Positions 20,025 through 31,103 of a DNA stretch of 64,000 bases are shown here, in pieces. The stretch's first letter is position 1, and each line of letters begins with the position of its first letter. The notes under the pieces are model-generated. The model was not told where the DNA came from and made no database searches. It saw nothing but the letters and a program-made list of their open reading frames with translations. This DNA is from an uncultured Candidatus Saccharibacteria bacterium (GTDB lineage: Bacteria; Patescibacteriota; Dojkabacteria; CAZCSM01), in NCBI GenBank assembly GCA_964501355.1, contig CAZCSM010000006.1, positions 2,347 through 66,346 of the forward strand, in the 5' to 3' direction. Both the position numbers and the translations under genes were made by a program.

Positions 20025-20451
20025 ATTAATAAAATTATTGCTATTGTTAGTTTCGTTATCATTAGCAGTGTTCTTCTTATCAACTGTCATATCATCAAGT
20101 AGTGTTATTACTTTTAACAATGGTTTTTCTTTCGGAATTGGGAATTTTTTCTTTGCAACACTATTTTCTCTGATATCGTTGACAGTGATTTTTTACTTCA
20201 TAATAAGAAGCGAAGATCAGATTAAAAGAATACTTTTATCATTTATTTTTATCGGTGGACTTGCGAATTTGATAGAAAGACTCTTTTATGGGGTTGTTCA
20301 TGATTATTGGAATTTTGTAGGGCTTTGGTATTTTAATCTTGCCGATCTCATAATAAATCTTGGCGCGATCTCTTTAATTTTGTTTATAATATTCAGCCTT
20401 GGCCAACCTAAAACTAAACTACAACGAGACAGTCAGGCGGAGATTAGATGA
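19972..20451 (+). CDS. lspA: Signal peptidase II (true start uncertain, probably downstream of 19972)
   Basis: NNGFSFG, GGLANLIERL..G.VHDY, FNLAD. Confidence 0.8.
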   Translation: MHSIVLSVKVLLTIKRNKLIKLLLLLVSLSLAVFFLSTVISSSSVITFNNGFSFGIGNFFFATLFSLISLTVIFYFIIRSEDQIKRILLSFIFIGGLANLIERLFYGVVHDYWNFVGLWYFNLADLIINLGAISLILFIIFSLGQPKTKLQRDSQAEIR

Positions 20452-21352
20452 ATTCTTAGTTAAACAAGAAGGTATTCATAGCAGGTCATTTGCGTCAAAA
20501 CTTATTAAGAACGGCAACGTAAAAATAAATGGATCTATTGAAGTTCGTCCGTCATATAAATTATCTGCAGGTGACCTCGTTGAGGCTATTATTGAAGACT
20601 TAATGCCGGAGATAAAAGTTCTACCGGAAGAGGTCCCTTTCAAGGTACTCTATGAAGATGATTATATTCTCATTTTAGATAAACCAGCTGGGGTAGTTGT
20701 GCATCCTGGAGCCGGTAATTGGAATGGTACGCTTGTATCGGGACTTGTTAATCATTGGGGGAAGATTCCTGAAGGCCTAGACAAGAATCGTCCGGGGATA
20801 GTCCATCGATTGGATAAGGATACTTCTGGTCTCATGCTTATTGCAAAGAATGCTCGTGCTGTGGCATATTATTCTGATCTGTTTAAACAGCATAAAATTC
20901 AAAAGAAATATATTGCACTGGTTTATGGGAAAGTTCCGGAGAGGATTGGTGATATTTCGAGCAATATTGCAAGACACCCTGTTGATAGAAAGAAAATGAC
21001 GGTTGTTGATCCTCAAGAGGGGCGATATGCAGAGACTCATTACAAAGTTATTGGATATTATGTTAATCCAAAAGATCCAAAGAATACATATACGCTGGTT
21101 GAGGTCCTTTTAAAAACAGGTCGTACTCACCAGATTCGGGTTCATTTTAAACACCTCGGTTATCCACTCGTTGGAGATCGGGTATATTCCGGAAGGCGGC
21201 TGCGAGGCCTCTATCCTGAAGCTAGTAGGCAGTTACTTCATGCGTACTCTCTAAAGTTTGAAGATATTAAAGGGGATCATCTTCACTTCAAGGCGCTGCC
21301 CCCATCTGATTTTAACAATTACCTGAAATCTTTAGTTAAAATTGACGATTAG
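20399..21352 (+). CDS. RluA/RluD-family pseudouridine synthase with S4 domain
   Basis: RLDEFL, DKPAGVVVHP, GIVHRLDKDTSG, TGRTHQIRVH, LHAYSL. Confidence 0.94.
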   Translation: MANLKLNYNETVRRRLDEFLVKQEGIHSRSFASKLIKNGNVKINGSIEVRPSYKLSAGDLVEAIIEDLMPEIKVLPEEVPFKVLYEDDYILILDKPAGVVVHPGAGNWNGTLVSGLVNHWGKIPEGLDKNRPGIVHRLDKDTSGLMLIAKNARAVAYYSDLFKQHKIQKKYIALVYGKVPERIGDISSNIARHPVDRKKMTVVDPQEGRYAETHYKVIGYYVNPKDPKNTYTLVEVLLKTGRTHQIRVHFKHLGYPLVGDRVYSGRRLRGLYPEASRQLLHAYSLKFEDIKGDHLHFKALPPSDFNNYLKSLVKIDD

Positions 21353-21668
21353 TATGAATCTGGCAGTCAAGCGTTTTATAAAAAAAGATGAATTTTTTAT
21401 ATGTGGAAATTGTGGCGTGGAAGTTGATCCTTCTTCTGAGGGGAGCTGTCGAAACCACTGTCCGGTGTGTTTATATTCAAAACATTTAGATATAAATCCT
21501 GGTGATCGTTTGGCAAATTGTGGAGGGTTGATGTTGCCAATTGATATTGAACAGAAGTCCGGGAAATTCCGAATACTTCATAAATGCGTTAAATGTGGGT
21601 TCAAACGTTGGAATAAAGCTGCTGCTGAAGATGATTTAATTGGATATTATGAGAAGAAAAATTCATAA
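21342..21668 (+). CDS. RNHCP-domain protein
   Basis: FICGNCG...RNHCPVCLYSKH.D..PGDR...CGG.M.P...H.C..CG. Confidence 0.9.
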   Translation: MTISMNLAVKRFIKKDEFFICGNCGVEVDPSSEGSCRNHCPVCLYSKHLDINPGDRLANCGGLMLPIDIEQKSGKFRILHKCVKCGFKRWNKAAAEDDLIGYYEKKNS

Positions 21669-22962
21669 CACAAAAGGAATAAAGACCCATATCAAAATGG
21701 TGAATAGGCGAGAGAAAAAGACTCCGTTTAAAATAAACATGAAGCTTTTGCGTTTAGGCGGTATCATTTTTTTTGTTCTTCTTCTCATAGGAGGCGTGTA
21801 TATGTGGTATAAAAGACGTTACAGCGGCTTCATTGAGTTTTATAACAATTATCAACCCGCCTTAGCGCCGGGAGATACTCTCTCTGAAATCGTCGAGTTG
21901 TCAGAAAATAAATCATTTAACGTTTTGTTGCTTGGGTTAGATCAACGGGAAAGCGGTCATATAAAAGCAGATGCTGTGTTTATCATCCATTTTGATTCGA
22001 TTTCAAAACATTTTCAGGTGTTTGAATTGCCGAGCAAAGCAAAATATTACTGGTCAAAGAAGGATGAATATATAGAGCTTGCAAATATATATGCACTTGG
22101 GCAATTACAATCTCCTGAAGCAGGCTACTCAATAATCCAGGATGTTCTGGAAAGTAACTTGGCGATAAAGATTGATGCATACGTAGCCTCTGATATCGCA
22201 GGATTTAAGCAGGTTATCAAGGATATGGGTAACCTTAGTATCCAGAATGATGAATCTTTTACAGACAATGATCTGGAAAGTTTTGATCTAAGGCCCGACT
22301 TCCCATCTGGTCCATTACACCTTTCTGCAAATGAAACCGTCGCATTTGTTCGTGCCGATGAGAATGGGTTTTACTCGAAAAGTTTTCGTCATTATGCCGT
22401 AATGAGATCTCTGATTGAATCGGTGAATGTGTCGTCCTTATATTCTCCACTCGGAACTTTTGAAGATATTGACGAGCATATTTACTCCAATATTCAAGGC
22501 GCAAGTATCCGCCATTTTATTAAACTATTTGCGAATGAAAATACATTTACATTTGATTTCTACCAAGTGGGTATTGTTTTATCAAAATCTCCGGAGGTTG
22601 AGGGAGAAGTCTTTGATCCTTTAAAGTTTGATGATTTTGTATCCTCTACCTTTGATAATGGGGAAGTTGTACGAGAGCAAGCCAGAATCGAAGTCTATAA
22701 TTCAACAAGTATACCCGGTCTCGCTTCACGGTACACTCGTGTTTTGCAAAACATGGGTTGTGACATCATTCGAAAATCCAATACTGGAACGGATGTCTCC
22801 AAAACAATGATTTTTGCTGAAAATCCAGAACTCTTTCCTCTTACAATTGCTCAAATCAAAAATGCGTTCGAAGTGGATGTGGAGGTGATAAATGATTCAC
22901 TCGATTTCGTTACAACTGGTGATTTGATAATTGTACTCGCGGATGATGTAGAAACCATTTAA
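21640..22962 (+). CDS. LCP (LytR-CpsA-Psr) family protein with LytR C-terminal domain
   Basis: TM anchor, FNVLLLGLDQR...ADAV, AFVR, and C-terminal IEVYNSTSIPGLAS...DLIIVL. Confidence 0.82.
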   Translation: MDIMRRKIHNTKGIKTHIKMVNRREKKTPFKINMKLLRLGGIIFFVLLLIGGVYMWYKRRYSGFIEFYNNYQPALAPGDTLSEIVELSENKSFNVLLLGLDQRESGHIKADAVFIIHFDSISKHFQVFELPSKAKYYWSKKDEYIELANIYALGQLQSPEAGYSIIQDVLESNLAIKIDAYVASDIAGFKQVIKDMGNLSIQNDESFTDNDLESFDLRPDFPSGPLHLSANETVAFVRADENGFYSKSFRHYAVMRSLIESVNVSSLYSPLGTFEDIDEHIYSNIQGASIRHFIKLFANENTFTFDFYQVGIVLSKSPEVEGEVFDPLKFDDFVSSTFDNGEVVREQARIEVYNSTSIPGLASRYTRVLQNMGCDIIRKSNTGTDVSKTMIFAENPELFPLTIAQIKNAFEVDVEVINDSLDFVTTGDLIIVLADDVETI

Positions 22963-23019
22963 CTATTTCCTCCATTATGATAATCTAAATATAAGATATT
23001 TTTACTGCCCAATATCACC

Positions 23020-24729
23020 ATGGCTATTAGCGTTGCCGAACTACAAAAAGCCCTTGTTGAGTCAAAAAAACTGAGTGCTGAGGATTTTGATAAAATTAAC
23101 GAAACCGCGAATCGGTTGAATTCTACCGTAGAGCAGGTTCTTCTCGGAAAGGGTTTCTTCTCAGAAGCCGAATTGGGAGCATTACTTGCGAAACGCTATG
23201 GTGTTGATTTTGTTGAATTAGGTAAGCAGGAAATCACTCCTGACATATTGTTCTCCATTCCAAAGGAAATTGCCAGTCGAAAGAAGGTTATTGTATTCGC
23301 TAAGGACCGCGGAATAATGAGTGTGGCAATGTCAAATCCCTTAGATTTGGAAACACTCGATTACATAAAGAAGAGTACAGGATATAACGTAAAGGTATAT
23401 TACGCATTTGAAGAAAGTATTAATGATGCTCTGCGTGCCTATCAAAAGGATATCAAGTTAGCTTTTGTAAATTTAATTGAGGAACAGGCCGAGAAGACAA
23501 AAAAAGAGAAGGGGGCTATTGAGGATGTTGCGAAAAAGATTCCTATTGTTAAGTTGGTTGACACGCTTATCGAATATGCTGTTAATGAGGGGGCCAGTGA
23601 TATTCACATTGAGCCTTTAGAAGAAGAGGTTTTGATTAGATACCGAATAGATGGACAGCTTAGAGATATAACTACGCTTCCAAAAGAAATTCTTCCCATT
23701 CTGATTGCAAGAATTAAAATCATTGCCAATTTACAAATAGATGAGCATCGTTTACCACAGGACGGAAGAATAAACACTATAGTTAACAATAGTAAAGTTG
23801 CTCTTCGAGTCTCTGTTCTTCCTCTATTCTACGGTGAGAAGATAGTGATGAGAGTTTTAGAAGAAACTGCACGGCGTTTCAGTTTGGAGGATCTAGGTGT
23901 TTTAAACCACAACCTCGAGGTTATGAAGAGAAATATCTCGAAGCCCCATGGAATGGTTTTGGTGACCGGGCCGACAGGTAGCGGAAAAACAACCACTCTT
24001 TACACGGTGCTTAGCATTCTCAATACAACTGATGTTAATATTAATACAATTGAAGATCCGATTGAATACAGTATGCCTCGAATCAACCAGACTCAGGTTA
24101 ATGCGAAAATCGGTTTTACATTTAGCGTTGGGTTGAGATCTCTTCTACGGCAGGACCCTGACATAATCATGGTCGGTGAAATTCGTGACAAGGAAACTGT
24201 ACAAATGGCTGTCAATGCTGCAATGACGGGCCACCTTGTTCTGTCCACATTACATACAAATAATGCAGCAGCATCTATCCCGCGTCTTTTGGATATGGGT
24301 GTTGAACCATTTCTTGTAGCTTCAACGCTAAATGCTGTAATGGCTCAGCGATTAACTCGGAAACTTTGTAACGAATGTAAGGAAAAGTATGAGATTCCCG
24401 AGAAGCTGCTAGCGAGCCTTAAAACAGATCTTGAAAAACAAGGATTAACTGCTGCACAGATAAAAGAGGCTGTGGGAGACGGTCATTTCTACAAACCCAT
24501 TGGTTGCAAAAAATGCGGCAATAAAGGTTACAAGGGACGACTTGGTATCTACGAGGTCTTAGAGATGTCCCCAAAGATTATGGAATTAGCTGTATCTGAT
24601 GTCGTTACATATGAGCTTCAAAAGACCGCTATTAAGGAAGGTATGACTACAATGTTATATGATGGAATTACAAAGGCTCGCGAAGGTTTGACCACTTTAG
24701 AAGAAGTATTAGCCGCAACTAGAGAATAA
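23020..24729 (+). CDS. Type IV pilus/T2SS assembly ATPase (PilB/GspE), cluster 1
   Basis: ASDIHIEP, RLPQDGR, GPTGSGKTTT, TIEDPIEY, LRQDPDIIMVGEIRD, GHLVLSTLH, and two CxxC motifs. Confidence 0.95.
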   Translation: MAISVAELQKALVESKKLSAEDFDKINETANRLNSTVEQVLLGKGFFSEAELGALLAKRYGVDFVELGKQEITPDILFSIPKEIASRKKVIVFAKDRGIMSVAMSNPLDLETLDYIKKSTGYNVKVYYAFEESINDALRAYQKDIKLAFVNLIEEQAEKTKKEKGAIEDVAKKIPIVKLVDTLIEYAVNEGASDIHIEPLEEEVLIRYRIDGQLRDITTLPKEILPILIARIKIIANLQIDEHRLPQDGRINTIVNNSKVALRVSVLPLFYGEKIVMRVLEETARRFSLEDLGVLNHNLEVMKRNISKPHGMVLVTGPTGSGKTTTLYTVLSILNTTDVNINTIEDPIEYSMPRINQTQVNAKIGFTFSVGLRSLLRQDPDIIMVGEIRDKETVQMAVNAAMTGHLVLSTLHTNNAAASIPRLLDMGVEPFLVASTLNAVMAQRLTRKLCNECKEKYEIPEKLLASLKTDLEKQGLTAAQIKEAVGDGHFYKPIGCKKCGNKGYKGRLGIYEVLEMSPKIMELAVSDVVTYELQKTAIKEGMTTMLYDGITKAREGLTTLEEVLAATRE

Positions 24730-25952
24730 TGAAATTTAAATATACAGTTACAGACAAAAAGGGGCAGGTTGTAAAAGGCGAGATGGTTGCTCGAACACAG
24801 TCAGAGATTGAATCCAATCTTCTGGAGGATGGTTATACTGTTTTGGCGATTGAGCCGGAAAAGGAATCGTCGGAATCTTCAAAAAAACAATCCGCACTTT
24901 TTCAAAAGAAAATTTCGTTACAGGAAAAGATTCTTCTTTTCACAAACTTGGCGGCAATGCTTAAGGCTGGATTGCCTGTTGTTGATGCGATTGATGTCCT
25001 AAAGGAAGGTCAAAAGAATCAGAGATTGATAGAAATACTAGATGTAGCAAGTTATGACATCCAGGGTGGTATGACCTTTCATTCCGCATTGAGCAAGTTT
25101 CCCGATGTTTTTACGACAATGGACCTTAGTATGTTTGAAGTCGGAGAAGTAGGAGGTATGTTAGAAGAGAATATCAGAACGCTGGCAACAGAATTAAAGA
25201 ATCAAAAAGATCTTCAGTCGAAAGTAAAAGGTGCAATGATGTACCCTATGGTGATTTCAATTGCTTTGGTGGCAATCGTAATATTGCTTATTATTTTCGT
25301 AATACCGCAGATTGCAGGCTTTTTCAAAGACGCTGATTTGGAGTTGCCAATTACAACAAGAATGTTAATCGGATTAAGTGACCTTCTTATAAATTATGGC
25401 ATATATGTTCTCGCGGTTGTAATTGCTGCCATAGTTGCTTTTCGCACAACATATAAGAAAGTAAAGAATTTCAAGCGGATGATTGACGGACTATTATTAA
25501 AGATTCCATTTGTTGGTGTTCAGATTATTAAATTAAATACAGCAAGATTTACAAAAACGTTAGCATCTCTTTTAAAAAGCGGAGTTCCAATTATTCGTTC
25601 TTTGGAAATTACGAAAAATGGCTTTTCTAATTTGATTTATCAAGAGGCTCTTGAAAGTATTGCTCAAGATATTGAATCTGGTCAAGAACTTGCAGATGCG
25701 ATGGCAAAGTTTCCAAACATCTTTTACTCAATGGCTGTTAGGATGGTAAGAGTAGGGGGGCAGACGGGAACTATCGACGAATCTCTACTAAACGTGGCGA
25801 TATATTATCAAGAAGAAGTCACGGAAATTCTCGACAACTTATCCTCTATTATAGAACCTGTTTTATTACTTGTAATGGGTGGTGGAATTGCACTAATTGC
25901 ATTATCTGTACTTGGACCTATTTATCAATTAACCGGGAGTATATCTCAGTAA
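24729..25952 (+). CDS. Type IV pilus platform protein (PilC/GspF), cluster 1
   Basis: LAAMLKAGLP, GEVGGML, AMMYP, LLKSGVPI, VGGQTGTID, IEPVLL. Confidence 0.93.
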   Translation: MKFKYTVTDKKGQVVKGEMVARTQSEIESNLLEDGYTVLAIEPEKESSESSKKQSALFQKKISLQEKILLFTNLAAMLKAGLPVVDAIDVLKEGQKNQRLIEILDVASYDIQGGMTFHSALSKFPDVFTTMDLSMFEVGEVGGMLEENIRTLATELKNQKDLQSKVKGAMMYPMVISIALVAIVILLIIFVIPQIAGFFKDADLELPITTRMLIGLSDLLINYGIYVLAVVIAAIVAFRTTYKKVKNFKRMIDGLLLKIPFVGVQIIKLNTARFTKTLASLLKSGVPIIRSLEITKNGFSNLIYQEALESIAQDIESGQELADAMAKFPNIFYSMAVRMVRVGGQTGTIDESLLNVAIYYQEEVTEILDNLSSIIEPVLLLVMGGGIALIALSVLGPIYQLTGSISQ

Positions 25953-26417
25953 ATGAAAATGCAAAGGGGTTTTACAATGATTGAGATTATCGTTGTTATC
26001 GGCGTCTTAATGCTAATCTCGTCAGGTGCAACAATTCTTTTCCTATCAACTCAGGCAAACAATCAAAGAGAGGTAATAGTGAATGAATTAATCTCCTCTT
26101 TGCGAAAAGCTCAATCCCGAGCCATAAACGGAGAAAATCAATCCGAATTCGGTATATATTTTGAAGAGCACAAATATATCGAATTCCAGGGGGCAAGCTA
26201 TATGGAGGGTAATCCAGATAATATCGTGAACCTGTTGCCAGCTGGTGTCACTATTCGCAATATCAACTTTAATGGCGACGATTTTGTTTATTATGAAAGA
26301 ATGACGGGAGAAGCTAATTATGAGGGGAGCGTTGATATTGCTGTAGTTGGAATTGCTGATGCAAAGAGGATCTCTGTCAATAAATCAGGTATTGTAAATC
26401 TTGAGATTGTTGAATAA
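25953..26417 (+). CDS. Minor pilin (class III signal)
   Basis: RG|FTMIEIIVVI. Confidence 0.88.
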   Translation: MKMQRGFTMIEIIVVIGVLMLISSGATILFLSTQANNQREVIVNELISSLRKAQSRAINGENQSEFGIYFEEHKYIEFQGASYMEGNPDNIVNLLPAGVTIRNINFNGDDFVYYERMTGEANYEGSVDIAVVGIADAKRISVNKSGIVNLEIVE

Positions 26418-26910
26418 CCCAAAATTGATGTTTAAGAATCAGCAAGGTGCTCTACTAATAGAGTTTTTAATTGTTCTTGCCCTGATTTCGATATTACTAA
26501 CTTCTGGTTTAGACATTCTAGGACCTAGCTTAAAGATTGTTTATCAGAGTGAGGAACGTGAATTTGTATCTTCTTTGATCCAGGAACAATTTGAGGTTGT
26601 TCGAAGCATTCGCGATGAAGATTGGAATGCTTTGTCAATAAATGGCACATATCATTATGAAGACATTGAGGGTGAAGAGGAAGGTTTGCGTCTGGTTGAG
26701 GATCCGATTACGTATTATGATAAATATGAAGTAGGTATTACACTCTCAGATGTTTATCGAGATTCAAACGGGGAGATTCTTGAGACTGGAGATTTAGATC
26801 AAATTGATACATATACTCGCATGATTTCAGTGTCTGTTTCTTGGGACTCATATGGCGTTTTAAAAAATGAAGTTCAAAGTATTTATCTAACAAATTGGGG
26901 TGATTTTTAG
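26401..26910 (+). CDS. Minor pilin-like protein (PilV-like)
   Basis: QG|ALLIEFLIVLAL; C-terminal VSVSW...YLTNW. Confidence 0.8.
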   Translation: MRLLNNPKLMFKNQQGALLIEFLIVLALISILLTSGLDILGPSLKIVYQSEEREFVSSLIQEQFEVVRSIRDEDWNALSINGTYHYEDIEGEEEGLRLVEDPITYYDKYEVGITLSDVYRDSNGEILETGDLDQIDTYTRMISVSVSWDSYGVLKNEVQSIYLTNWGDF

Positions 26911-27415
26911 AAAAGATTTAAAAAGTAATAATGATCAGGCAGGATTTACCCTTGTCGAGGTAATTATCTACATTGCCGTGTCCTCGGTAATGCTCATTAT
27001 TGTAGTTTCGTTCGTGCGCCATATCTTATTGGTAAGAAATAAAGTGACCATTTTATCCAAGGTGCAACAGAATGCTCGATATGCAATGACAAGGATGGTA
27101 AAAGAGGTGCGATATGCGGATGATTTGGAAGTTGTAGATCAGAATACTTTGAGACTTTCCGTAGGAGATCCACTTAGAAATCCATTGTATTTTGATTTAC
27201 AGGGAGGGGTTCTATATATGAAAGAGGGTCTTGGCGATTTCGTCGCAATAACAGGGAATGATGTGAAGGTTGGCGATGTGCTTTTTGAAGACCGTACAAC
27301 TCCAAATTCTGCAGACATTGTAAAAATAACTCTAACCATCTCACATCCTGACGCGAGTGTCTCTCCTGACAGTCAGGCAACTATTAATCTAGATACATAT
27401 GTGGCAAAAAGGTAA
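26900..27415 (+). CDS. Minor pilin (PilW-like)
   Basis: AG|FTLVEVIIYIA, QNARYAMTRMVKEVR. Confidence 0.87.
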   Translation: MIFRKDLKSNNDQAGFTLVEVIIYIAVSSVMLIIVVSFVRHILLVRNKVTILSKVQQNARYAMTRMVKEVRYADDLEVVDQNTLRLSVGDPLRNPLYFDLQGGVLYMKEGLGDFVAITGNDVKVGDVLFEDRTTPNSADIVKITLTISHPDASVSPDSQATINLDTYVAKR

Positions 27416-28715
27416 GTATTCACAATTTAATAAAGAGAAAGGGCAGGTCGCAATTATTGCCGTGTTAGTAGTTTCTCTAATTATGGTTTCCGTTGTTTTT
27501 GCAATCTCGAAAATGTCTCTGGATAATTATGAGATGGCTGACCTAAGTCTCTCATCCACTCAGGCATATTTTTTAGCAGAATCTGGAATAGAGGAGGGGA
27601 TTTACAGACTGAAAGATGATTTGAACTATACAGGAGGGAATTACGATACTCCTATTGGGAATTATGTAATCGAAGTCACCGATAATACGACATATTACAC
27701 AGTTCGTGCAGAAGGACATGTTGGTGGTGTGGTTCGTGCAATTACAGCAAATCTTTCAATATCCGTTGAGAGTGCAAAGATAACTGGCTATTCAGCTTTT
27801 GCAGGAGATGACGTATGGATGTTTTGGTCTAATGCAATTGTTAATGGTGACGTATGGGCGAATGACGATGTCGATTTTTCTAGTAATTCTACCGTATATG
27901 GTGATGTCATTTCTGCTGGGCGTGGAAGTTATTTTACAAGCTGGGTTTCTGATCATGCAAGTATTCTTGATAACCCGGCAACCGCAGATCGAGTTGAAGG
28001 TAACTTCTGGTCGGTAAATCAGATAAGGGTTATTTTAGAAGGGCGGGTTGCGGGAGATGCTTACAGTGAGAATGAAATAATTACTTTGCTTGGTGGTCAT
28101 ATTGATGGAACAGAATATCCGGATCAGGATTTAACGGCAGAAACAGAGCGCATAGAGGTTCCGATGTTTGATTTTTCAACGTATGAGGCACAAGCACAAG
28201 CGGGAGGAACTTTCTATGCAACGGCAACTCAATTCGAAAACTACGTTAATAGTAGGAATGATGGGAGCACTCGCACTCTTCCTGATGGAGTATATTACAT
28301 TAGAAACGGTAATGTGTTTTTTAATCCAGGGCCCCCAATTGTACTTAATGGAAGCATTATTACAGAAGGTGAGATCCGATTCTACTGTGGAGTTCAAATA
28401 AATGCTCAAAATAATTTGCCGGCGCTTGCGGCTGCAAAAGACGCAGAATTCAGAGATTACGGATGGCCAACATATGGTGGTGACTTTGTAACAATAAATG
28501 GTGTATTATATTCTGAGAGAGATATAATCTTAAGACACGATAGCAGCGGAAAGCTAATTGAGGTTAATGGTGCTGCTTGGGCTGGTGACGATTTGCGAAT
28601 CGAAAACTCCAGTACAGTGAATTTTTTGCCGGAAGTAACACAGAATGTCATCGGCTTTGGTTTTACAGTAGAGCCAGGACAGGTTTCAATAGATAATTGG
28701 CAAGAAACATTATAA
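27399..28715 (+). CDS. PilX-like minor pilin with beta-helix-like C-terminal region
   Basis: KG|QVAII (no Glu5), QAYFLAESGIEEGIYRL, repeated VNGDV/VYGDV units, ending W-QE. Confidence 0.82.
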   Translation: MWQKGKYSQFNKEKGQVAIIAVLVVSLIMVSVVFAISKMSLDNYEMADLSLSSTQAYFLAESGIEEGIYRLKDDLNYTGGNYDTPIGNYVIEVTDNTTYYTVRAEGHVGGVVRAITANLSISVESAKITGYSAFAGDDVWMFWSNAIVNGDVWANDDVDFSSNSTVYGDVISAGRGSYFTSWVSDHASILDNPATADRVEGNFWSVNQIRVILEGRVAGDAYSENEIITLLGGHIDGTEYPDQDLTAETERIEVPMFDFSTYEAQAQAGGTFYATATQFENYVNSRNDGSTRTLPDGVYYIRNGNVFFNPGPPIVLNGSIITEGEIRFYCGVQINAQNNLPALAAAKDAEFRDYGWPTYGGDFVTINGVLYSERDIILRHDSSGKLIEVNGAAWAGDDLRIENSSTVNFLPEVTQNVIGFGFTVEPGQVSIDNWQETL

Positions 28716-28725
28716 AATAAAATCT

Positions 28726-30465
28726 ATGACTGCCCTAGATTTTGACAAGTTAATAGAAGGTGAAGATACTTTCGGTTTGGACATTTCCAATACGAGAGTA
28801 AAAGCTATGTGGGTCACGAAATCCGGGAGAAGCAATTTACATCTTCAGAGTTTTGGTGAAGAAACAATTCCTGCAAGTGCTGTCGTAGGTGGAATAATTC
28901 GTCGTCCTGAAGTCGTTGCAGAGGCAATTAAAAAAATACTCAAAAATTCATATCCGAAACCAATTCGGACGAAATATGCCATCTGCTCAATCTCTCAAGA
29001 AAAGGTTTACCTAAAGATTGAGGATTTTCCAAATATTGAAAAGGAGAAACTTCGAGAAGCTGTCACTTGGAAAGCAAACAAGGTTCTTGCAATGCCTTTG
29101 GAAAAGATTTACTGGGATTGGCACAGACTTAATCCAAAGGAAGATGAAAGTACGGTGAGTATTCAGTTTGCAGCCGTGGAAAAGGAAGTTGTCGACTCAT
29201 ATGTCCATGCAATTCGCCTTGCCGGAATTATTCCTCTCGCATTTGAAATGGAGTCAAGTGCTGCAGGACGAGTTCTTCTAGCATCAAATGAAGAGCTTAA
29301 AGAGTCTCCATTGTTATTTGTTGATATCGGAAATAGCAATACAAATCTCTCGATTTATCATCAAGGTGGTTTTCGTTTTAATTCTTCAGTAAATGTCGGA
29401 GGAAATCAAGTAACAAAGATCATTGGTACAGAAAAAGGATTATCTCCCGTCGAGGCGGAGGAGTATCAGCGCACAACAGGACTAAAAACTAAAACAGAAA
29501 CTCTTCAATCCGCGCTTTCTGCTTCTCTCACACCAATAATCTCCGAGATGATGGGTGCAATGCGCTTCTATGATAAAACACCGGGAAAAGAAGATGACAT
29601 TAAATTGGCGAAAGTTTATGGGGATGGTGCATCGCTTAAGGGCGTCGATAAATACCTTGATGAACAGATTCCGGATCTGAAAGTGGGGTATGCAAACCCA
29701 AGTATTGGGATGATTCCGATTCCTCAATTTATTTCCCATGAGAAAATATTTCCGCATCTGGTTGTTACGGGGCTAGCGCTGAAGGGCCTCGGCAAATATC
29801 ATGAATTTGGAGATGTTAACTTCCTTCCTGCGGACGTCCAGAAAGCTTATGTAAATGAGCAGCTTAAAAAGAAAGTTGGAAATATCGTTAAGATTTTATC
29901 AATAAATATAATTGCGATTTGTGGATTCTTGTTGGGTGGACTATTTCTTCTTACTGAGGAATCGAGTCAAATCCAAGCAACAATTAATTCGAAAAAGGCG
30001 ATTCTGCAAGGTTCAAGTATTCAAACAAAGTCATTGGAGATTAGCAAATTCAATGAATCCCTTGCATCGATAAGCTCTATAATAAATTCCGAATTTGATT
30101 GGATAAAAATCTTCGATAAGATCCTTTCTGTAACTCCGGGAAATGTCGTGTTGGATAATATTGATATATATGTAGATGAGTCTTTGGCTCCGAAATCAGA
30201 ACCTATCTGGATTATTAGTCTATATGGTAGAACTGATAATAGACAAACTGTAATTGATTACAGTACAAATCTAATTTCAACGGAAGTTTTCTCAAATGTA
30301 CAAATTCCCGTTTCGGCTTTTTCTTCCGGTGAAGAGGTTGAATTTCGTATTAACATGGATCTGAGCTTTACGAATTTATTGGCAAATCCAGAAAACTTTG
30401 CTAAGAAATCTACAACACAAACAACTGGAGAATTAGAACTTAAACCTTTCACGCCTGCAAAATGA
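28726..30465 (+). CDS. PilM-PilN fusion protein
   Basis: PilM actin-like part (FGLDIS..RVK, VDIGNSNT, VGGNQVT, YGDGASLKG, GLALK) continues in frame into the PilN motif VNFLP, a TM segment and a periplasmic domain. Confidence 0.82.
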   Translation: MTALDFDKLIEGEDTFGLDISNTRVKAMWVTKSGRSNLHLQSFGEETIPASAVVGGIIRRPEVVAEAIKKILKNSYPKPIRTKYAICSISQEKVYLKIEDFPNIEKEKLREAVTWKANKVLAMPLEKIYWDWHRLNPKEDESTVSIQFAAVEKEVVDSYVHAIRLAGIIPLAFEMESSAAGRVLLASNEELKESPLLFVDIGNSNTNLSIYHQGGFRFNSSVNVGGNQVTKIIGTEKGLSPVEAEEYQRTTGLKTKTETLQSALSASLTPIISEMMGAMRFYDKTPGKEDDIKLAKVYGDGASLKGVDKYLDEQIPDLKVGYANPSIGMIPIPQFISHEKIFPHLVVTGLALKGLGKYHEFGDVNFLPADVQKAYVNEQLKKKVGNIVKILSINIIAICGFLLGGLFLLTEESSQIQATINSKKAILQGSSIQTKSLEISKFNESLASISSIINSEFDWIKIFDKILSVTPGNVVLDNIDIYVDESLAPKSEPIWIISLYGRTDNRQTVIDYSTNLISTEVFSNVQIPVSAFSSGEEVEFRINMDLSFTNLLANPENFAKKSTTQTTGELELKPFTPAK

Positions 30466-31103
30466 AACAAGAAGAAGTAAAACAAATAAAAAAGCAAAAT
30501 CCAAACCAATATTATATTGTGGTAGGGTTATTTGTAGTTTCTCTCGTAGGATTATTAATCTTTAGCTATTCGCAGTTGAAGAAATCCGCGACAAAAGTCT
30601 CCGATCAACTTGCTCTGTTGAATCAGTATGCCCTGGAAGAGGCTAAGATTAATAAGCTTTTAAGTGATCATGGTGAGGTTGAGGAACAGTCATTACTTCT
30701 TACAGAAGCAATCCCAGATAAGGGGAAATTGGTGAGCTTCATTGAGAACATAGAGAAGATTGGAGAAATGCTAAATCTGGATTTAGATGTAAGACTAAAA
30801 GAGGGCGTTGTTGACGAAGATGGTGTGGTTGTTGATGTCGAATCTGAGGCAACAAAACGCGTAACTGCATATGCAGGAATATCCTCAGTGGAAGTATTGG
30901 AGGTCGGAGTTTCTGTGCGTACAGATCCGGATGAGTTTGACAAGATAATAAACTTTATCGGTATGCTCGAAGATCTTAAATATTATTCGAGAATTGTTGA
31001 TATGAAATTTATTTCTGGGTTAGACGATCGAGATGGGAGATATTATCTCGATAGTATTTTCACATTAAATTTATATGTTAAAGCCGGTACAGAATCAAAG
31101 TGA
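30462..31103 (+). CDS. PilO-like alignment protein
   Basis: N-terminal TM, coiled coil, AIPD...FIENIE, FIGMLEDL; position after pilMN. Confidence 0.7.
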   Translation: MKQEEVKQIKKQNPNQYYIVVGLFVVSLVGLLIFSYSQLKKSATKVSDQLALLNQYALEEAKINKLLSDHGEVEEQSLLLTEAIPDKGKLVSFIENIEKIGEMLNLDLDVRLKEGVVDEDGVVVDVESEATKRVTAYAGISSVEVLEVGVSVRTDPDEFDKIINFIGMLEDLKYYSRIVDMKFISGLDDRDGRYYLDSIFTLNLYVKAGTESK